A program made the translations under genes and the position numbers. A stretch of DNA of 60,832 nt from Nitrospirota bacterium. Lineage in GTDB: Bacteria; Nitrospirota; Thermodesulfovibrionia; Thermodesulfovibrionales; UBA9159. The stretch covers positions 1 through 60,832 of the forward strand of contig JAMCQB010000142.1 in assembly GCA_023382175.1 (NCBI GenBank), written 5' to 3'. Positions 46,713 through 57,414 of this stretch are shown piece after piece. Under the pieces are notes generated by a model. The model was not told the origin of the DNA, made no database searches, and worked only from the letters and a program-made list of their open reading frames with translations. The first letter of the stretch is position 1. Each line of letters begins with the position of its first letter.

Positions 46713-46831
46713 TGAAGTTCTTATATTGTACTATTCTTGCAATTCTCATGCCATCTCAGCCTCTACCCCCATCCCAGATTATGTATGATATAATTTTTTT
46801 ATGTGGTTTGGAAAGAAATGATAGGCCTGAA

Positions 46832-47707
46832 ATGAAATTAACCTCTGAGAAACGCCTCAGCTTAAGCCTGGGCGTGACTGCCCTGATACTGGTTGCCGAG
46901 GTGGTGGGCGGAATCCTGAGCAACAGCCTTGCGCTCTTGAGCGATGCCGGACATAACCTGACGGATGTCTTTGCACTTGGGTTGAGTCTGATTGCAGCAC
47001 GAATAAGCAGAAGACCAGCTGACCAAAGGGCAACATATGGCTATCAAAGGTTTGGACTCCTGGCAGCAGTGATTAATGGATTAGGTCTTTTAATAATCGC
47101 TGTATTTGTATTCTTTGAGTCTTACAAAAGGTTTATATCTCCACCTCAAATAAATACTCCATTGATGTTGACTATCGCAACTATAGGACTTATAGGGAAT
47201 GTTGTCGCAGCACTGATTATAGGCAGAGAGCACGAAGACCTGAACATCAAGAGTGCATGGCTTCATTTGTTGGGAGATACCCTGTCCTCTATTGGAGTAA
47301 TCGTATCAGGCATAATTATATATTTCACAGGCTGGCTATATGCAGACCCTATAGCTGGTGTCATTATTGGGATTGGCATTGTTGTGGGCGGCACAGGGGT
47401 GGTAAAAGAAGCAACCTTTATATTCCTCGAGATGACACCCAAAGGTTTTATTGTGGAAGATATCGCCAAAAGACTCTGCGAAATGCCGGAAGTAATGGGC
47501 GTTCACGACGTCCATCTCTGGTCACTGGCACATAAGCACATCGCCTTTTCAGCGCATATATGGGTGCATGACCAGAAATTAAGCGAGGTGGAAGGCATAA
47601 GACAGAAGATCGAGGGCGTGCTCACAGACCTTGGGATCAGCCATATCATGCTCCAGTTTGAGTGCGCTGAGTGCGAAAATGGCGGCCTTTACTGCCAGAT
47701 CCATTAG
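46832..47707 (+). CDS. Cation diffusion facilitator family transporter (CzcD/ZitB-like)
   Basis: The start is moved to the ATG at 46832 (MKLTSEKRLSLSLGV...). SLALLSDAGHNLTD and HLLGDTLSS metal-site motifs. Cytoplasmic C-terminal domain. Confidence 0.88.
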   Translation: MKLTSEKRLSLSLGVTALILVAEVVGGILSNSLALLSDAGHNLTDVFALGLSLIAARISRRPADQRATYGYQRFGLLAAVINGLGLLIIAVFVFFESYKRFISPPQINTPLMLTIATIGLIGNVVAALIIGREHEDLNIKSAWLHLLGDTLSSIGVIVSGIIIYFTGWLYADPIAGVIIGIGIVVGGTGVVKEATFIFLEMTPKGFIVEDIAKRLCEMPEVMGVHDVHLWSLAHKHIAFSAHIWVHDQKLSEVEGIRQKIEGVLTDLGISHIMLQFECAECENGGLYCQIH

Positions 47708-47762
47708 AAACCCCGCCCTCTTTTCCTTGCAATTACCAATAATTTTTATTTATCATTAGGTT

Positions 47763-50384
47763 ATGGTACAAGGAATGCTAAAAAAGATTTTCGGCACAAA
47801 GAACGAGAGGGAGATGAAGCGTCTCTGGCCCATGGTGGACAGGATTAACGCCCTGGAGCCCCGGATATCCTCCCTCAGCGACGAACAGCTCAAGGCAAAG
47901 ACCCCGGAGTTCAGAAGCAGGCTCGAAGGGGGAGAGACTCTGGACGACCTTCTCCCTGAGGCCTTTGCGGTGGTGAGAGAGGTCTCGAAGAGGACCATGG
48001 GGATGAGGCATTTCGACGTCCAGCTCATCGGCGGCGTTGTCCTGCACGAAGGCAAGATCGCAGAAATGAAGACGGGTGAAGGAAAGACCCTGGTAGCCAC
48101 CCTCCCCGTTTATCTCAATGCCCTTTCAGGACAGGGCGTCCACGTGGTCACGGTGAACGATTACCTCGCCAGAAGGGATGCCCGGTGGATGGAGCCCATA
48201 TACCGTTTTCTCGGCATGACCGTCGGCATCATTGTCCACGGCCTCACGGACGAAGAGAGACAGGCAGCGTATAATTCAGATATCACTTACGGGACGAACA
48301 ATGAGTTCGGCTTCGATTACCTCAGGGACAACATGAAATACGACATCTCCCAGTATGTCCAGCGGGAGATGAACTTCGCCATCGTGGACGAGGTGGACAG
48401 CATCCTCATAGACGAGGCAAGAACTCCCCTCATCATCTCCGGGCCTTCCGAGGATTCCACCGATAAATATTACACCATCGACAAGATCATTCCGAGGCTC
48501 GGGAAGGATGCGGATTACACCATCGACGAAAAAGCGAAGACCGCCATCCTCACGGAAGAGGGAAGCCTCAAGGTCGAGCGCTTGCTCGGCACAACAAACC
48601 TCTATGACCCCTCAAATATCGAACTGGTGCATCACGTCCTCCAGGCCCTGAAGGCCCATACCCTCTTTAAGAGGGATGTGGATTATGTGGTAAAGGACGG
48701 CGAGGTCATCATCGTGGATGAGTTCACCGGCAGGCTCATGCCGGGGAGGAGATGGAGCGACGGGCTCCATCAGGCAGTGGAGGCCAAGGAAGGGGTCAAG
48801 ATAGAGAGCGAAAACCAGACCCTTGCCACCATCACCTTCCAGAACTACTTCAGGATGTACAACAAACTGGCCGGCATGACCGGAACTGCAGACACAGAGG
48901 CAGAGGAGTTCGGAAAGATATACAATCTCGATGTGCTTGTGATTCCCACGAACAAGCCCATGGTCAGGGCGGATCATCCCGACAGTATCTACAAGACCGA
49001 AAGGGCGAAATTCAGTGCGGCTGTACGGGAGATCGAGGAACTGCACCAGAAAGGGCAGCCCGTGCTGGTGGGCACCATATCCATAGAAAAGTCGGAAACC
49101 TTGAGTCATATACTGAAGAAAAAGGGCATCCCCCATTCAGTGCTGAATGCCAAGTACCACGAGAGGGAAGCTGAGATCATTGCCCAGGCAGGGAGAAGCG
49201 GCGCGGTGACCATCGCAACGAACATGGCCGGTCGCGGTACGGATATCGTGCTGGGAGGCAACCCCGAGGGCCTTGCCCGTGATCTCCTGAAGGAAAAGAA
49301 GGAGTTCACCGAAGAAGAGTGGCAACAGGCCCTGGGGAAGGCAAGGGATATCTGCAAAAAGGACAGGGAAAAGGTGGTGGCCTGCGGGGGCCTTCATATC
49401 CTCGGCACTGAACGGCATGAGGCGAGGAGAATCGACAACCAGTTAAGGGGCCGTTCCGGCAGACAGGGTGACCCCGGGTCTTCCCGGTTCTATCTCTCCC
49501 TTGAGGATGACCTCATGAGGATCTTCGGTTCAGACAGGATATCAGGGCTGATGTCGAAACTGGGCATGGAGGAGGATGTGCCCATTGAGAACAGGATGGT
49601 CTCAAAGGCAATAGAAAATGCCCAGAAGAAGGTGGAGGCCCACAACTTCGATATAAGGAAACACCTCCTGGAATATGACGATATCATGAACAAGCAGCGG
49701 ACAGAGATCTACTCCTTCAGGAAAGAGCTCCTCCAGGGAGAGGGGCTGAAGGAGAAGATCTTCCAGATGATAGACGATATCGTTGATGAGGTCACGCAGA
49801 TCTACTGCCCCGAAGAAAAGCACCCGGAAGAGTGGGACATGAAAGGCCTGAAGGATGCTGTCTACGGAATATTCTCCCTTACGCTGAACGAGACCCCCAC
49901 GGGTATTGACAGCCTGAGGGAATCTCTTTCCTCGGTCATCAAGGCTGCCTACGACAAGAGGGAATCTGATATAGGGAACGAGACCATGCGCTACCTCGAG
50001 AAAGTGGTCTTTCTCCAGGTGCTGGATGCCCAGTGGAAGGATCATCTCCTTGCCATGGATCACCTGAAAGAGGGCATCGGTCTCAGGGGATACGGTCAGA
50101 GAGACCCCCTCACGGAATACAAAAAAGAGGCCTTCGATATATTTGCCGAACTCACCGGCAGGATATCCATGGACACCGTGAGCCGTCTCTTCAAGATCCA
50201 GATACGGGAAGAGGAAGGGGTCAAGAAGAAGCAGGTGCAACCGAAGCAGCCAATGCGATATAATCGGGGTGAGGGGTCTGAAACGAACCAGCCCGTTACA
50301 AAAGGCAAGAAGATTGGAAGAAACGATCCATGTCCGTGCGGAAGCGGCAAGAAATACAAGAAGTGCTGTGGTGTAAATGCCTAA
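47763..50384 (+). CDS. secA: Preprotein translocase ATPase SecA
   Basis: 873 aa. [18 protein letters not shown]-terminus (alternative start at 47775), Walker [28 protein letters not shown], and C-terminal zinc motif [14 protein letters not shown]. Confidence 0.97.
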   Translation: MVQGMLKKIFGTKNEREMKRLWPMVDRINALEPRISSLSDEQLKAKTPEFRSRLEGGETLDDLLPEAFAVVREVSKRTMGMRHFDVQLIGGVVLHEGKIAEMKTGEGKTLVATLPVYLNALSGQGVHVVTVNDYLARRDARWMEPIYRFLGMTVGIIVHGLTDEERQAAYNSDITYGTNNEFGFDYLRDNMKYDISQYVQREMNFAIVDEVDSILIDEARTPLIISGPSEDSTDKYYTIDKIIPRLGKDADYTIDEKAKTAILTEEGSLKVERLLGTTNLYDPSNIELVHHVLQALKAHTLFKRDVDYVVKDGEVIIVDEFTGRLMPGRRWSDGLHQAVEAKEGVKIESENQTLATITFQNYFRMYNKLAGMTGTADTEAEEFGKIYNLDVLVIPTNKPMVRADHPDSIYKTERAKFSAAVREIEELHQKGQPVLVGTISIEKSETLSHILKKKGIPHSVLNAKYHEREAEIIAQAGRSGAVTIATNMAGRGTDIVLGGNPEGLARDLLKEKKEFTEEEWQQALGKARDICKKDREKVVACGGLHILGTERHEARRIDNQLRGRSGRQGDPGSSRFYLSLEDDLMRIFGSDRISGLMSKLGMEEDVPIENRMVSKAIENAQKKVEAHNFDIRKHLLEYDDIMNKQRTEIYSFRKELLQGEGLKEKIFQMIDDIVDEVTQIYCPEEKHPEEWDMKGLKDAVYGIFSLTLNETPTGIDSLRESLSSVIKAAYDKRESDIGNETMRYLEKVVFLQVLDAQWKDHLLAMDHLKEGIGLRGYGQRDPLTEYKKEAFDIFAELTGRISMDTVSRLFKIQIREEEGVKKKQVQPKQPMRYNRGEGSETNQPVTKGKKIGRNDPCPCGSGKKYKKCCGVNA

Positions 50385-51762
50385 GATACTGGCCATAGGG
50401 GAAAGCCTTCTTGACAGGAACTTTGACACTCTGGCCAGACACGGAGAAACGTCCAAATTCAAATCCCTCAGCAGTGTGCACGTCAGGGCAGATGACCAGG
50501 TCGTTCTTCTCATAGTCGATAAGGACCAGCACAGGGAGTCAGCCTTCAGGGATTTCGTAAAGATATTCGCGGAAGTTCCGAAGATCATCATATCCCGTGA
50601 TGAGTCCTTCAGGGGCTTCGCTCCCTGGCTCAGGCTTCCCCTCACCTACCCCGCGCATAATCCAGGCGAAAAGGAATTGCTTTTTTTCGCTGACCGTCTC
50701 ATGGCTGAACGGGACGTACAGGCGGAAAACAGGAAACTGAGAAATGAGCTTTTCATCTCCCACAGGGAACTGGAATTCTTTGATGAGGTCGGAAGGGTTC
50801 TTACCTCGGATATGGAGCTTGATAACATGCTGGTCGTCATTATGAAAAAGACCAAGGATATGATCAAGGCGTCTTCATGGTCCATTTACCTTCTGGATGA
50901 GGAGACAGGAGAATTCGTGCTCGAAAAGACGAACGGCAGGAAGAAAAAAGACAAGTCCCTCAAAGTGAGGCTGAAGCCCGGGGATGGAATCACCGGCTGG
51001 GTGATCCAGGAAGGAATTCCCCTCATCGTTCCGGACGTCTCCCGTGATGAACGGTTTTCTGGCTCCGCTCACAGCCCGCGAAAGGCGAGATCCCTCATCT
51101 GTGTCCCCATTAAGAGCAAGGGGCGTGTTATCGGTGTCATGGAATTTGCGGACAAGACCACCGGCAGCCCCTTCACCAGGGATGATCTTAGCCTCCTTCT
51201 CAAGATCGTGGATTATGCGGCCATTTCCATAGAAAGGGTATCCCTTTACCATAAAATGGCTGAACTGGCCATCACCGATGACCTCACCAAGCTCTTTAAT
51301 TCCCGGTATCTGAACAGGACCATCGAGGTCGAGATCCACCGCTGTGAGCGTTCCCACACATCGGTCTCCCTTATCTTCATGGACATCGATTATTTCAAGA
51401 ATGTCAATGACCATTATGGTCACCTGGTGGGGAGCAAGGTTCTCGTGGAAGTGGGACAGATCCTCATAAAGAGCCTCCGCTCCATTGATATCGTGGCACG
51501 CTACGGGGGAGACGAATTCGTAGTAGTCCTGCCCCAAACCCCGCCTGATGTCGCCGCAAAGGTTGCCGAAAGGATACGAAAATCCATCGAACAGAATGCC
51601 TTTCTGAAGAAGGAGGGCTACGTCATCAGGATAACCGCAAGCTTCGGCGTCGCGTCTTATCCCGAGAGCGCAAAGTCAAAGGAGGAGCTCCTCAAACTGG
51701 CCGACGAGGCCATGTACCGGGTGAAGAACTATACCAAAAACGGCGTTTATGCTATAATTTAA
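50377..51762 (+). CDS. GAF domain-containing diguanylate cyclase (GGDEF)
   Basis: 461 aa. N-terminal receiver-like region, GAF ([14 protein letters not shown]...[15 protein letters not shown]), and GGDEF domain with active-site RYGGDEF. Overlaps secA by 8 nt. Confidence 0.85.
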   Translation: MPKILAIGESLLDRNFDTLARHGETSKFKSLSSVHVRADDQVVLLIVDKDQHRESAFRDFVKIFAEVPKIIISRDESFRGFAPWLRLPLTYPAHNPGEKELLFFADRLMAERDVQAENRKLRNELFISHRELEFFDEVGRVLTSDMELDNMLVVIMKKTKDMIKASSWSIYLLDEETGEFVLEKTNGRKKKDKSLKVRLKPGDGITGWVIQEGIPLIVPDVSRDERFSGSAHSPRKARSLICVPIKSKGRVIGVMEFADKTTGSPFTRDDLSLLLKIVDYAAISIERVSLYHKMAELAITDDLTKLFNSRYLNRTIEVEIHRCERSHTSVSLIFMDIDYFKNVNDHYGHLVGSKVLVEVGQILIKSLRSIDIVARYGGDEFVVVLPQTPPDVAAKVAERIRKSIEQNAFLKKEGYVIRITASFGVASYPESAKSKEELLKLADEAMYRVKNYTKNGVYAII

Positions 51763-51763
51763 A

Positions 51764-52861
51764 GTGGCTTTTTTCAATTATGTTACGAAAGAGATTACGC
51801 TGAAGGTCGTTTATTACGGTCCCGGACTGAGCGGTAAGACCACCAACCTGCAACACCTCTATTCCGTCCTGGATGCCTCATCAAGGGGAAAATTCATCTC
51901 CCTTGCCACAGAGTCCGACAGAACCCTCTTTTTCGACTTTCTCCCTGTGGAACTCGGCAAGATAAAGGACTTTTCCGTGCGGTTCCAGCTCTACACGGTC
52001 CCCGGACAGATACGGTACAACGCCACAAGAAAGCTCGTGCTGAAGGGTGCGGATGCTGTAGTGTTTGTGGCAGATTCCCAGAGGGACATGAGGGAACAGA
52101 ATCTTGAGAGCTTCGCGAATATGAGAGAGAACCTCGTGGCCAATAATCTGAATCCGGACGAGATCCCTGTTGTTCTGCAGTTTAACAAGCGTGATCTTCC
52201 GAACATCCTTTCCATCCAGGAGCTCAACAGCGACCTGAACAGGAATAATTACCAGACCCTCGATGCGGTAGCCGCTCAGGGCAAGGGGGTCCAGGAGACC
52301 TTCCGTCTGATCACATCAATGCTCCTCAAGGATATTGCGAAGAAACATAAGGTGGACATATCTCCGGCGAAAGAAGAGGCGATTACGGTGAAGGTCCCGG
52401 AAAAAGAGAAGTTTGATCTTGCTGAAGAAGTGGCGCCGTTGGAGGCCGCACCGGTGGAGAGAGAAGCCCCTCAGGTGACGGTAGCGCCTCAGGAGGAAGT
52501 ATCCTCGTTTGCTGCGGCAGCACGTCAGGCAGTCACAACTCCAGGGGCGACGCTCACTCCTCGGTCAGTGGAGCCGCCTCCTGCAGCGCTCAGGGAAGCG
52601 GAAGAGGCGCCTCCCCGTGCCCGTCCGGTTCCTTCGCGAACTGTCCCGTATGCTGATGAAAGGATGATTTCTGTCCTGTCCATGCTTCGTGAGATGAACC
52701 AGTCCCTTGCAGGGCTGCAGGATACTTTATCCGCACTCTCCAAAGCGGTCAGGGAAACCGGAAAACAGCAGGCGGACATAATGAAGATGCTCAGGGAATT
52801 GAGCGCCACAATGGCCGAGAAAAAGAAAAAAAGCTGGTGGTCCCGTCTCTTTTCCCGCTGA
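51764..52861 (+). CDS. MglA-like small Ras-family GTPase with a long C-terminal extension
   Basis: 365 aa, GTG start. MAFFNYVTKEITLKVVYYGPGLSGKTTNLQHLY closely mirrors the MglA N-terminus and P-loop. FNKRD (NKxD) motif. An Ala/Pro-rich, coiled-coil tail of about 170 aa. Confidence 0.75.
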   Translation: MAFFNYVTKEITLKVVYYGPGLSGKTTNLQHLYSVLDASSRGKFISLATESDRTLFFDFLPVELGKIKDFSVRFQLYTVPGQIRYNATRKLVLKGADAVVFVADSQRDMREQNLESFANMRENLVANNLNPDEIPVVLQFNKRDLPNILSIQELNSDLNRNNYQTLDAVAAQGKGVQETFRLITSMLLKDIAKKHKVDISPAKEEAITVKVPEKEKFDLAEEVAPLEAAPVEREAPQVTVAPQEEVSSFAAAARQAVTTPGATLTPRSVEPPPAALREAEEAPPRARPVPSRTVPYADERMISVLSMLREMNQSLAGLQDTLSALSKAVRETGKQQADIMKMLRELSATMAEKKKKSWWSRLFSR

Positions 52862-52932
52862 TCGCTGCGCATGCTTGAAAATTCCTGTCCACACCTGTCA
52901 AAATAATCATCTCATTTTCGGAGAATGAAACA

Positions 52933-53697
52933 ATGAACGTTAAAGCGCTGGTGAGTGAACTTCAGAACTTCTATCTCCTCTCCTTTCACGGCCTACTGGG
53001 GTTGCTGAGGAGACCCTTCTATCTGCGTGACGCTATTGAACAGATGGACTATGCAGGCGCAGGTTCATTTTTTATCATAATCCTCGTATCCCTCTTTGTG
53101 GGGATGGCCCTTTCCCTCCAGCTGGCAGCCGAACTTTCGGTCCTCGGCCTGAAGATGTATACCGGAAAGGTGGTGGGCATTTCGATCATCCGTGAGATAG
53201 GCCCTGTAGCCGCGGCCCTCGTCTTTACCGGACGGGTCGGTTCCGGAATGGCATCCGAGCTGGGATCCATGGTACTGGGACATCAGGTGGATACTCTCAG
53301 GGTCTTCGGCGTTGACCCCGTGAAAAAACTCGTCACCCCGAGAATAGTGAGCGCCCTTGTCATGCTGCCCGCCCTCACCCTCATCGGTGACGCAGCTTCC
53401 CTTCTCGGCGGTTATTACATCGCGGTTTTCGTCAGCCACCAAAGCGGTAATGTCTACTGGAGTTCCATCAGGGATGTCCTGGATTTTGAGAATGTCTTTT
53501 CGGGCTCTGTGAAGCCCTTTATCTTCGGGTATCTCATTGCATCCATCAGCTGCTACATGGGGCTTTCCGCAAAGGGCGGCGCCATCGGTCTCAGGGGGGC
53601 GACTACAAGGGCAGTGGTGCTCTCCATCATCATGATCATTGTGGCTGATTTCATTCTGACGCGGATACTCCTCTATGCCCTGGGGTTTTCGGTATGA
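52933..53697 (+). CDS. mlaE: MlaE-family ABC transporter permease
   Basis: 254 aa. IREIGPVAAALVFTGRVGSGMASELGSM signature. Confidence 0.85.
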   Translation: MNVKALVSELQNFYLLSFHGLLGLLRRPFYLRDAIEQMDYAGAGSFFIIILVSLFVGMALSLQLAAELSVLGLKMYTGKVVGISIIREIGPVAAALVFTGRVGSGMASELGSMVLGHQVDTLRVFGVDPVKKLVTPRIVSALVMLPALTLIGDAASLLGGYYIAVFVSHQSGNVYWSSIRDVLDFENVFSGSVKPFIFGYLIASISCYMGLSAKGGAIGLRGATTRAVVLSIIMIIVADFILTRILLYALGFSV

Positions 53698-54443
53698 TCG
53701 TATTTGACGGTGTCTCATTCTCTTACGGAGATCGGGCCATCCTGACTGACCTTCATTTCTCCATCAGGGCCGATGAAAGGGTGGCAGTGCTGGGAGGGAG
53801 CGGGGAAGGCAAGACCACCATCCTGAAGCTCATCATGGGCCTCATGCGGCCAGACTCCGGGATGATATTCATAGAGGGCGAAGATATCACCGGAAAGACA
53901 GAAGAAGCGCTGAGGGACGTGAGGATGAAGTTCAGCATCGTCTTCCAGGAAGGCGCCCTGTTTGACTCTCTGAACGTCAAGGAGAATGTTGCATTCTGCC
54001 TCAGGGAATATACCGCACTGTCGGAGGAAGAGATCGACGTGAAGGTGCGGGATCTTCTCCGGCGCGTGGGAGTCGAACAGGCCCTTGAGTTCATGCCTGA
54101 GGAACTGAGCGGGGGGATGCACCGGAGGGTTGCCATCGCACGGTCCCTGGCTGCCTTCGAACCGAAGATGTTCCTTTACGATGAGCCCACAAGCGGCCTT
54201 GACCCGGTGAATGCCGACAATATATGCAAACTCATCCTCGACCTCTCCCGAAACGGAAAGGGCTTCATCATCGTCACCCACAAAGTCTTTGACGCGTTGA
54301 AGGTGGCGAACAGGTTCATATTCCTGCAGGACGGAAAGATACTCTTTGACGGGGACAGGGAACAGCTTCTCCATTCTCCCATCCCCGATATCCAGATATT
54401 CATAAGCGAGCTGCAGTATAAAGAGGAGGCAAAAAATGTTTGA
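53694..54443 (+). CDS. mlaF: MlaF-family ABC transporter ATP-binding protein
   Basis: 249 aa. Walker A GGSGEGKTT, signature LSGGMHRRVA, Walker B FLYDEPTSGLD. Confidence 0.9.
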   Translation: MIVFDGVSFSYGDRAILTDLHFSIRADERVAVLGGSGEGKTTILKLIMGLMRPDSGMIFIEGEDITGKTEEALRDVRMKFSIVFQEGALFDSLNVKENVAFCLREYTALSEEEIDVKVRDLLRRVGVEQALEFMPEELSGGMHRRVAIARSLAAFEPKMFLYDEPTSGLDPVNADNICKLILDLSRNGKGFIIVTHKVFDALKVANRFIFLQDGKILFDGDREQLLHSPIPDIQIFISELQYKEEAKNV

Positions 54444-55416
54444 CATGAAAAAACAGCTCATGTGGTCAAAACTCAAAGTCGGCGTGGTGATCACCCTCGC
54501 TCTCATTACCCTGTTTTTTACCGTGTTCTTTGCAGGGGGCATCGAAAATATCCTTTCCCCGAAGGTGGAAGTGCAGGCCCAGATACACGATGTGAAAGGA
54601 TTACGGAAAGGAGCGCCCGTATGGCTCTCGGGGATCGAGATCGGTTCGGTGAAGGAGATACACCTCCACCCCCAATACGGAGCGGTCATCACCCTTTCGG
54701 TGAAAAAGAGCGCCATGCAATACGTGAAGAAGGACTCCCGCGCCAGCGTCTTGACCATGGGCCTCCTCGGGGACAAGTACGTTGAATTGAGCGCAGGGAC
54801 CTCTGAGGCAGGCGCCATTCAGCGCGGGGACATGATCACAGGGGCAGCCCAGCTCGAGTTGAAGGACGTCATGGAAGTCGGCACAGTCTCGATACAGAAG
54901 ATGTCCGATTTCATCAAGAAACTGGACAACCTCCTCACAAAGATAGAAAAGGGCGAAGGCACGGTCACCAAATTCCTCACCGATCCGGCCCTTTATGATA
55001 ATCTCAGGGATGCCACGAAGTCATTATCCCTGACACTGAAGGACATAAGGGATGCAAGGGGCACCGTAAAACTCCTCGTGGAAGATCCCTCTCTCTACAA
55101 CAACCTCCTGGCCGCATCGGCATCCTTTGAGGAACTGAGCAGGACAATGAACAACAGCTCCGGAACATTGAAGAAACTTGCTGAGGACCCTGCCCTTTAC
55201 AACAAACTCGTAAGTGCCACTGCCGCCATCGATACGTTCAGTGTAAAGTTGAACTCTATCATCGAGACCGTCGACAAGGGCGAGGGCGTGGCCGGGAGCC
55301 TTGTAAGGGATAAGGAACTGGCCAGCGACCTGAAGGCAACGGTAGCAGAACTCAAAGAGCTGATAAAGAATATCAAGGAAGACCCGAAGAAGTACTTCAA
55401 GTTCAGCGTTTTCTGA
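54436..55416 (+). CDS. mlaD: MlaD/MCE-family protein
   Basis: 326 aa. N-terminal TM anchor, MCE domain (GLRKGAPVWLSGIEIGSVKEI), and a helical C-terminal repeat region. Confidence 0.8.
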   Translation: MFDMKKQLMWSKLKVGVVITLALITLFFTVFFAGGIENILSPKVEVQAQIHDVKGLRKGAPVWLSGIEIGSVKEIHLHPQYGAVITLSVKKSAMQYVKKDSRASVLTMGLLGDKYVELSAGTSEAGAIQRGDMITGAAQLELKDVMEVGTVSIQKMSDFIKKLDNLLTKIEKGEGTVTKFLTDPALYDNLRDATKSLSLTLKDIRDARGTVKLLVEDPSLYNNLLAASASFEELSRTMNNSSGTLKKLAEDPALYNKLVSATAAIDTFSVKLNSIIETVDKGEGVAGSLVRDKELASDLKATVAELKELIKNIKEDPKKYFKFSVF

Positions 55417-55578
55417 GCCGCTCCTTTCTTTTCACATATTGGGTGCGGGAGTGCTGGTTTCAAGGGGAATCGTTCACTGCATGTATCTTCCTTGTAGTTC
55501 GCAAGAGTGATATCCTCATAAACGGTAAGGAGTAGAAGTGGCAATCACGACGATAAGGCATTGTATGCCCCTTCTCCC

Positions 55579-55658
55579 GTCATTGCGAACGAAGTGAAGC
55601 AATCTCATTGTTCAAACCTGGAGATTGCCGCGCCCCATAAGGCCGGGCTCGCAATGAC
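55579..55658. repeat. MITE-like palindromic element, family B
   Basis: gtcattgcgaacgaagtgaagcaatctc...gagattgccgcg...ctcgcaatgac has the same termini (GTCATTGCGA / TCGCAATGAC) as the copy inside mod. It lies between convergent mlaD and the DtxR-like gene. Confidence 0.7.
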
Positions 55659-55771
55659 CACTCCACCAGCCCTCAAGACCACCGCTGAGCGGTGGATACG
55701 GTAATTCTCCCTCTTTTTGGCGTGCTCATTTTGCGGAATAGTCGGTGCTATCAGCACTAAATCTGCGCGTA

Positions 55772-56422
55772 TCAGACGATCTTCTTTACGAGTATCTCTT
55801 TTGCAATGTCAGGGTCGACGGCGATGGTGGTTTCGTCGATCTGGATCACACAGGACGGCATCTTCTGGAGAAGTTTGATGGTGCTGCCCGGGGCTATTCC
55901 CACGGAACCGAGCCTTGCGAGCCTTGCGGCCTCGGACGGGATAATGAAAACGATCCTCCCCTTTGAACCCACCTCAAAATCCGACAGCCGCGTGACCACC
56001 GGGGCCACCTCGAGCTTATACCTCTTGCAGCACTCGCCCTTGGGAATGGGCTTTCCGTGAGGACAGGTGGGGGGATGGCCCAGGAACGTGCAGACGCTAT
56101 CGGTCAACTCCTCGCTCAGGATATGCTCCATCCTGCACGCATCTGCCTCCACGAGTTCATCCTTCATTTCGAACACATCCATGAAGAGCCTCTCGGCCAG
56201 ACGGTGGCGGCGTATCAGTCCCCGTGCCAGAAGACGTCCCTTTTCCGTGAAACGGACCATCTTCTCTTCAGTTTTCACAAAGTCCCCTTCAAGTAGTGCT
56301 TTCAGGAGTTCGTCAACATCAGGGTCATCCGAACTTAGTCTGAAGCGTTCCAGTTCGTAATGTCCATCTTCATCAAGAAGCCAGAGGACTTCCAGCGCCT
56401 CGTCGAGCCGTTCCCTGTCCAC
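55772..56422 (-). CDS. DtxR/MntR-family metal-dependent transcriptional regulator with a C-terminal FeoA domain
   Basis: 216 aa. wHTH N-terminus, RRHRLAERLFMDV dimerisation/metal-site region, and C-terminal FeoA-like SH3 domain (GSKGRIVFI...GIAPGSTIKLL). Confidence 0.85.
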   Translation of the reverse strand: MDRERLDEALEVLWLLDEDGHYELERFRLSSDDPDVDELLKALLEGDFVKTEEKMVRFTEKGRLLARGLIRRHRLAERLFMDVFEMKDELVEADACRMEHILSEELTDSVCTFLGHPPTCPHGKPIPKGECCKRYKLEVAPVVTRLSDFEVGSKGRIVFIIPSEAARLARLGSVGIAPGSTIKLLQKMPSCVIQIDETTIAVDPDIAKEILVKKIV

Positions 56423-57045
56423 TATTTCTCCTCTCCAAAGGGAAGCTCGAGGGAAAGAACCTTTTCGAAACTCTTCCGGTGGATCGGACAGGGGCCATGG
56501 AGAATGATCTTCTCCATATGCTCCCGGGTGGAATATCCCTTGTGTTTCCCAAACCCGTATTCGGGATACACCCCGTCATACTGCCGCATAATTCCGTCCC
56601 TTACGACCTTTGCGATGATGGATGCTGCTGCGATGGAAGCGCTTTTTGACTCTCCCTTGATAAGGGAGACCTGTTTGTTATCCATGGAAGGTAACTGAAG
56701 TGCGTCTATGAGCAGGAGGTCCGCTTCCCCGGAAAGGTCCTCCACCGCCCTCTGCATGGCGAGTTTTGTTGCATTCAATATATTGATCCTGTCTATTGTC
56801 CCTGCGTCCACAATCCCTACCCCCACATCGATACAGCAGCAGAGAACGTCCATGAAGAGGGATTCCCTTTCTTTTTCGGGAACCTTCTTCGAATCCCTTA
56901 GCCCCTTAATCCTTTTTCCCGACGGGAGAACCACCGCTGAAGCCACAACAGGACCTGCCAGGGGGCCCCTTCCCGCTTCATCCAGCCCTGCGATACGGTG
57001 ATACCCCCCTTTTCTGAAGGACTCATCGTAACGGTAAATGTCCAT
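56422..57045 (-). CDS. rnhB: Ribonuclease HII
   Basis: 207 aa. IAGLDEAGRGPLAGPVV catalytic motif, DSKK and AASIIAK motifs. Confidence 0.93.
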   Translation of the reverse strand: MDIYRYDESFRKGGYHRIAGLDEAGRGPLAGPVVASAVVLPSGKRIKGLRDSKKVPEKERESLFMDVLCCCIDVGVGIVDAGTIDRINILNATKLAMQRAVEDLSGEADLLLIDALQLPSMDNKQVSLIKGESKSASIAAASIIAKVVRDGIMRQYDGVYPEYGFGKHKGYSTREHMEKIILHGPCPIHRKSFEKVLSLELPFGEEK

Positions 57046-57414
57046 CTACTCATCTTTTGTCTGTTCTGCGGTGGTTCTTTCCTTCTCCTTTATCTTGGCC
57101 GCCTTGCCTTTTTTCTCCCTCAGATAGTAAAGCTTCGCCCTCCTCACTGAACCCTTCCTCATCACATCGATCCGCTCTATGGAGGGGGAATGGAGGGGGA
57201 ATATCCTCTCGACGCCGATGCCGAAGGAGACCTTTCTCACCATAAATGTTTCCCTGATGCTGTTGCCCCGCCTTGCGATCACCACACCTTCAAAGGGCTG
57301 AATCCTTTCCTTGTCCCCTTCCACAACCTTCACGAACACCTTCACCGTATCTCCCACATTGAAGGAAGGGACCTTCTTCTTGTATCCCTCTTCCACTGCA
57401 TTAATCAGATTCAT
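57046..57414 (-). CDS. rplS: 50S ribosomal protein L19
   Basis: The start is moved to the ATG at 57414 ([26 protein letters not shown]...), the canonical L19 N-terminus. In trmD-rplS synteny. Confidence 0.95.
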   Translation of the reverse strand: MNLINAVEEGYKKKVPSFNVGDTVKVFVKVVEGDKERIQPFEGVVIARRGNSIRETFMVRKVSFGIGVERIFPLHSPSIERIDVMRKGSVRRAKLYYLREKKGKAAKIKEKERTTAEQTKDE

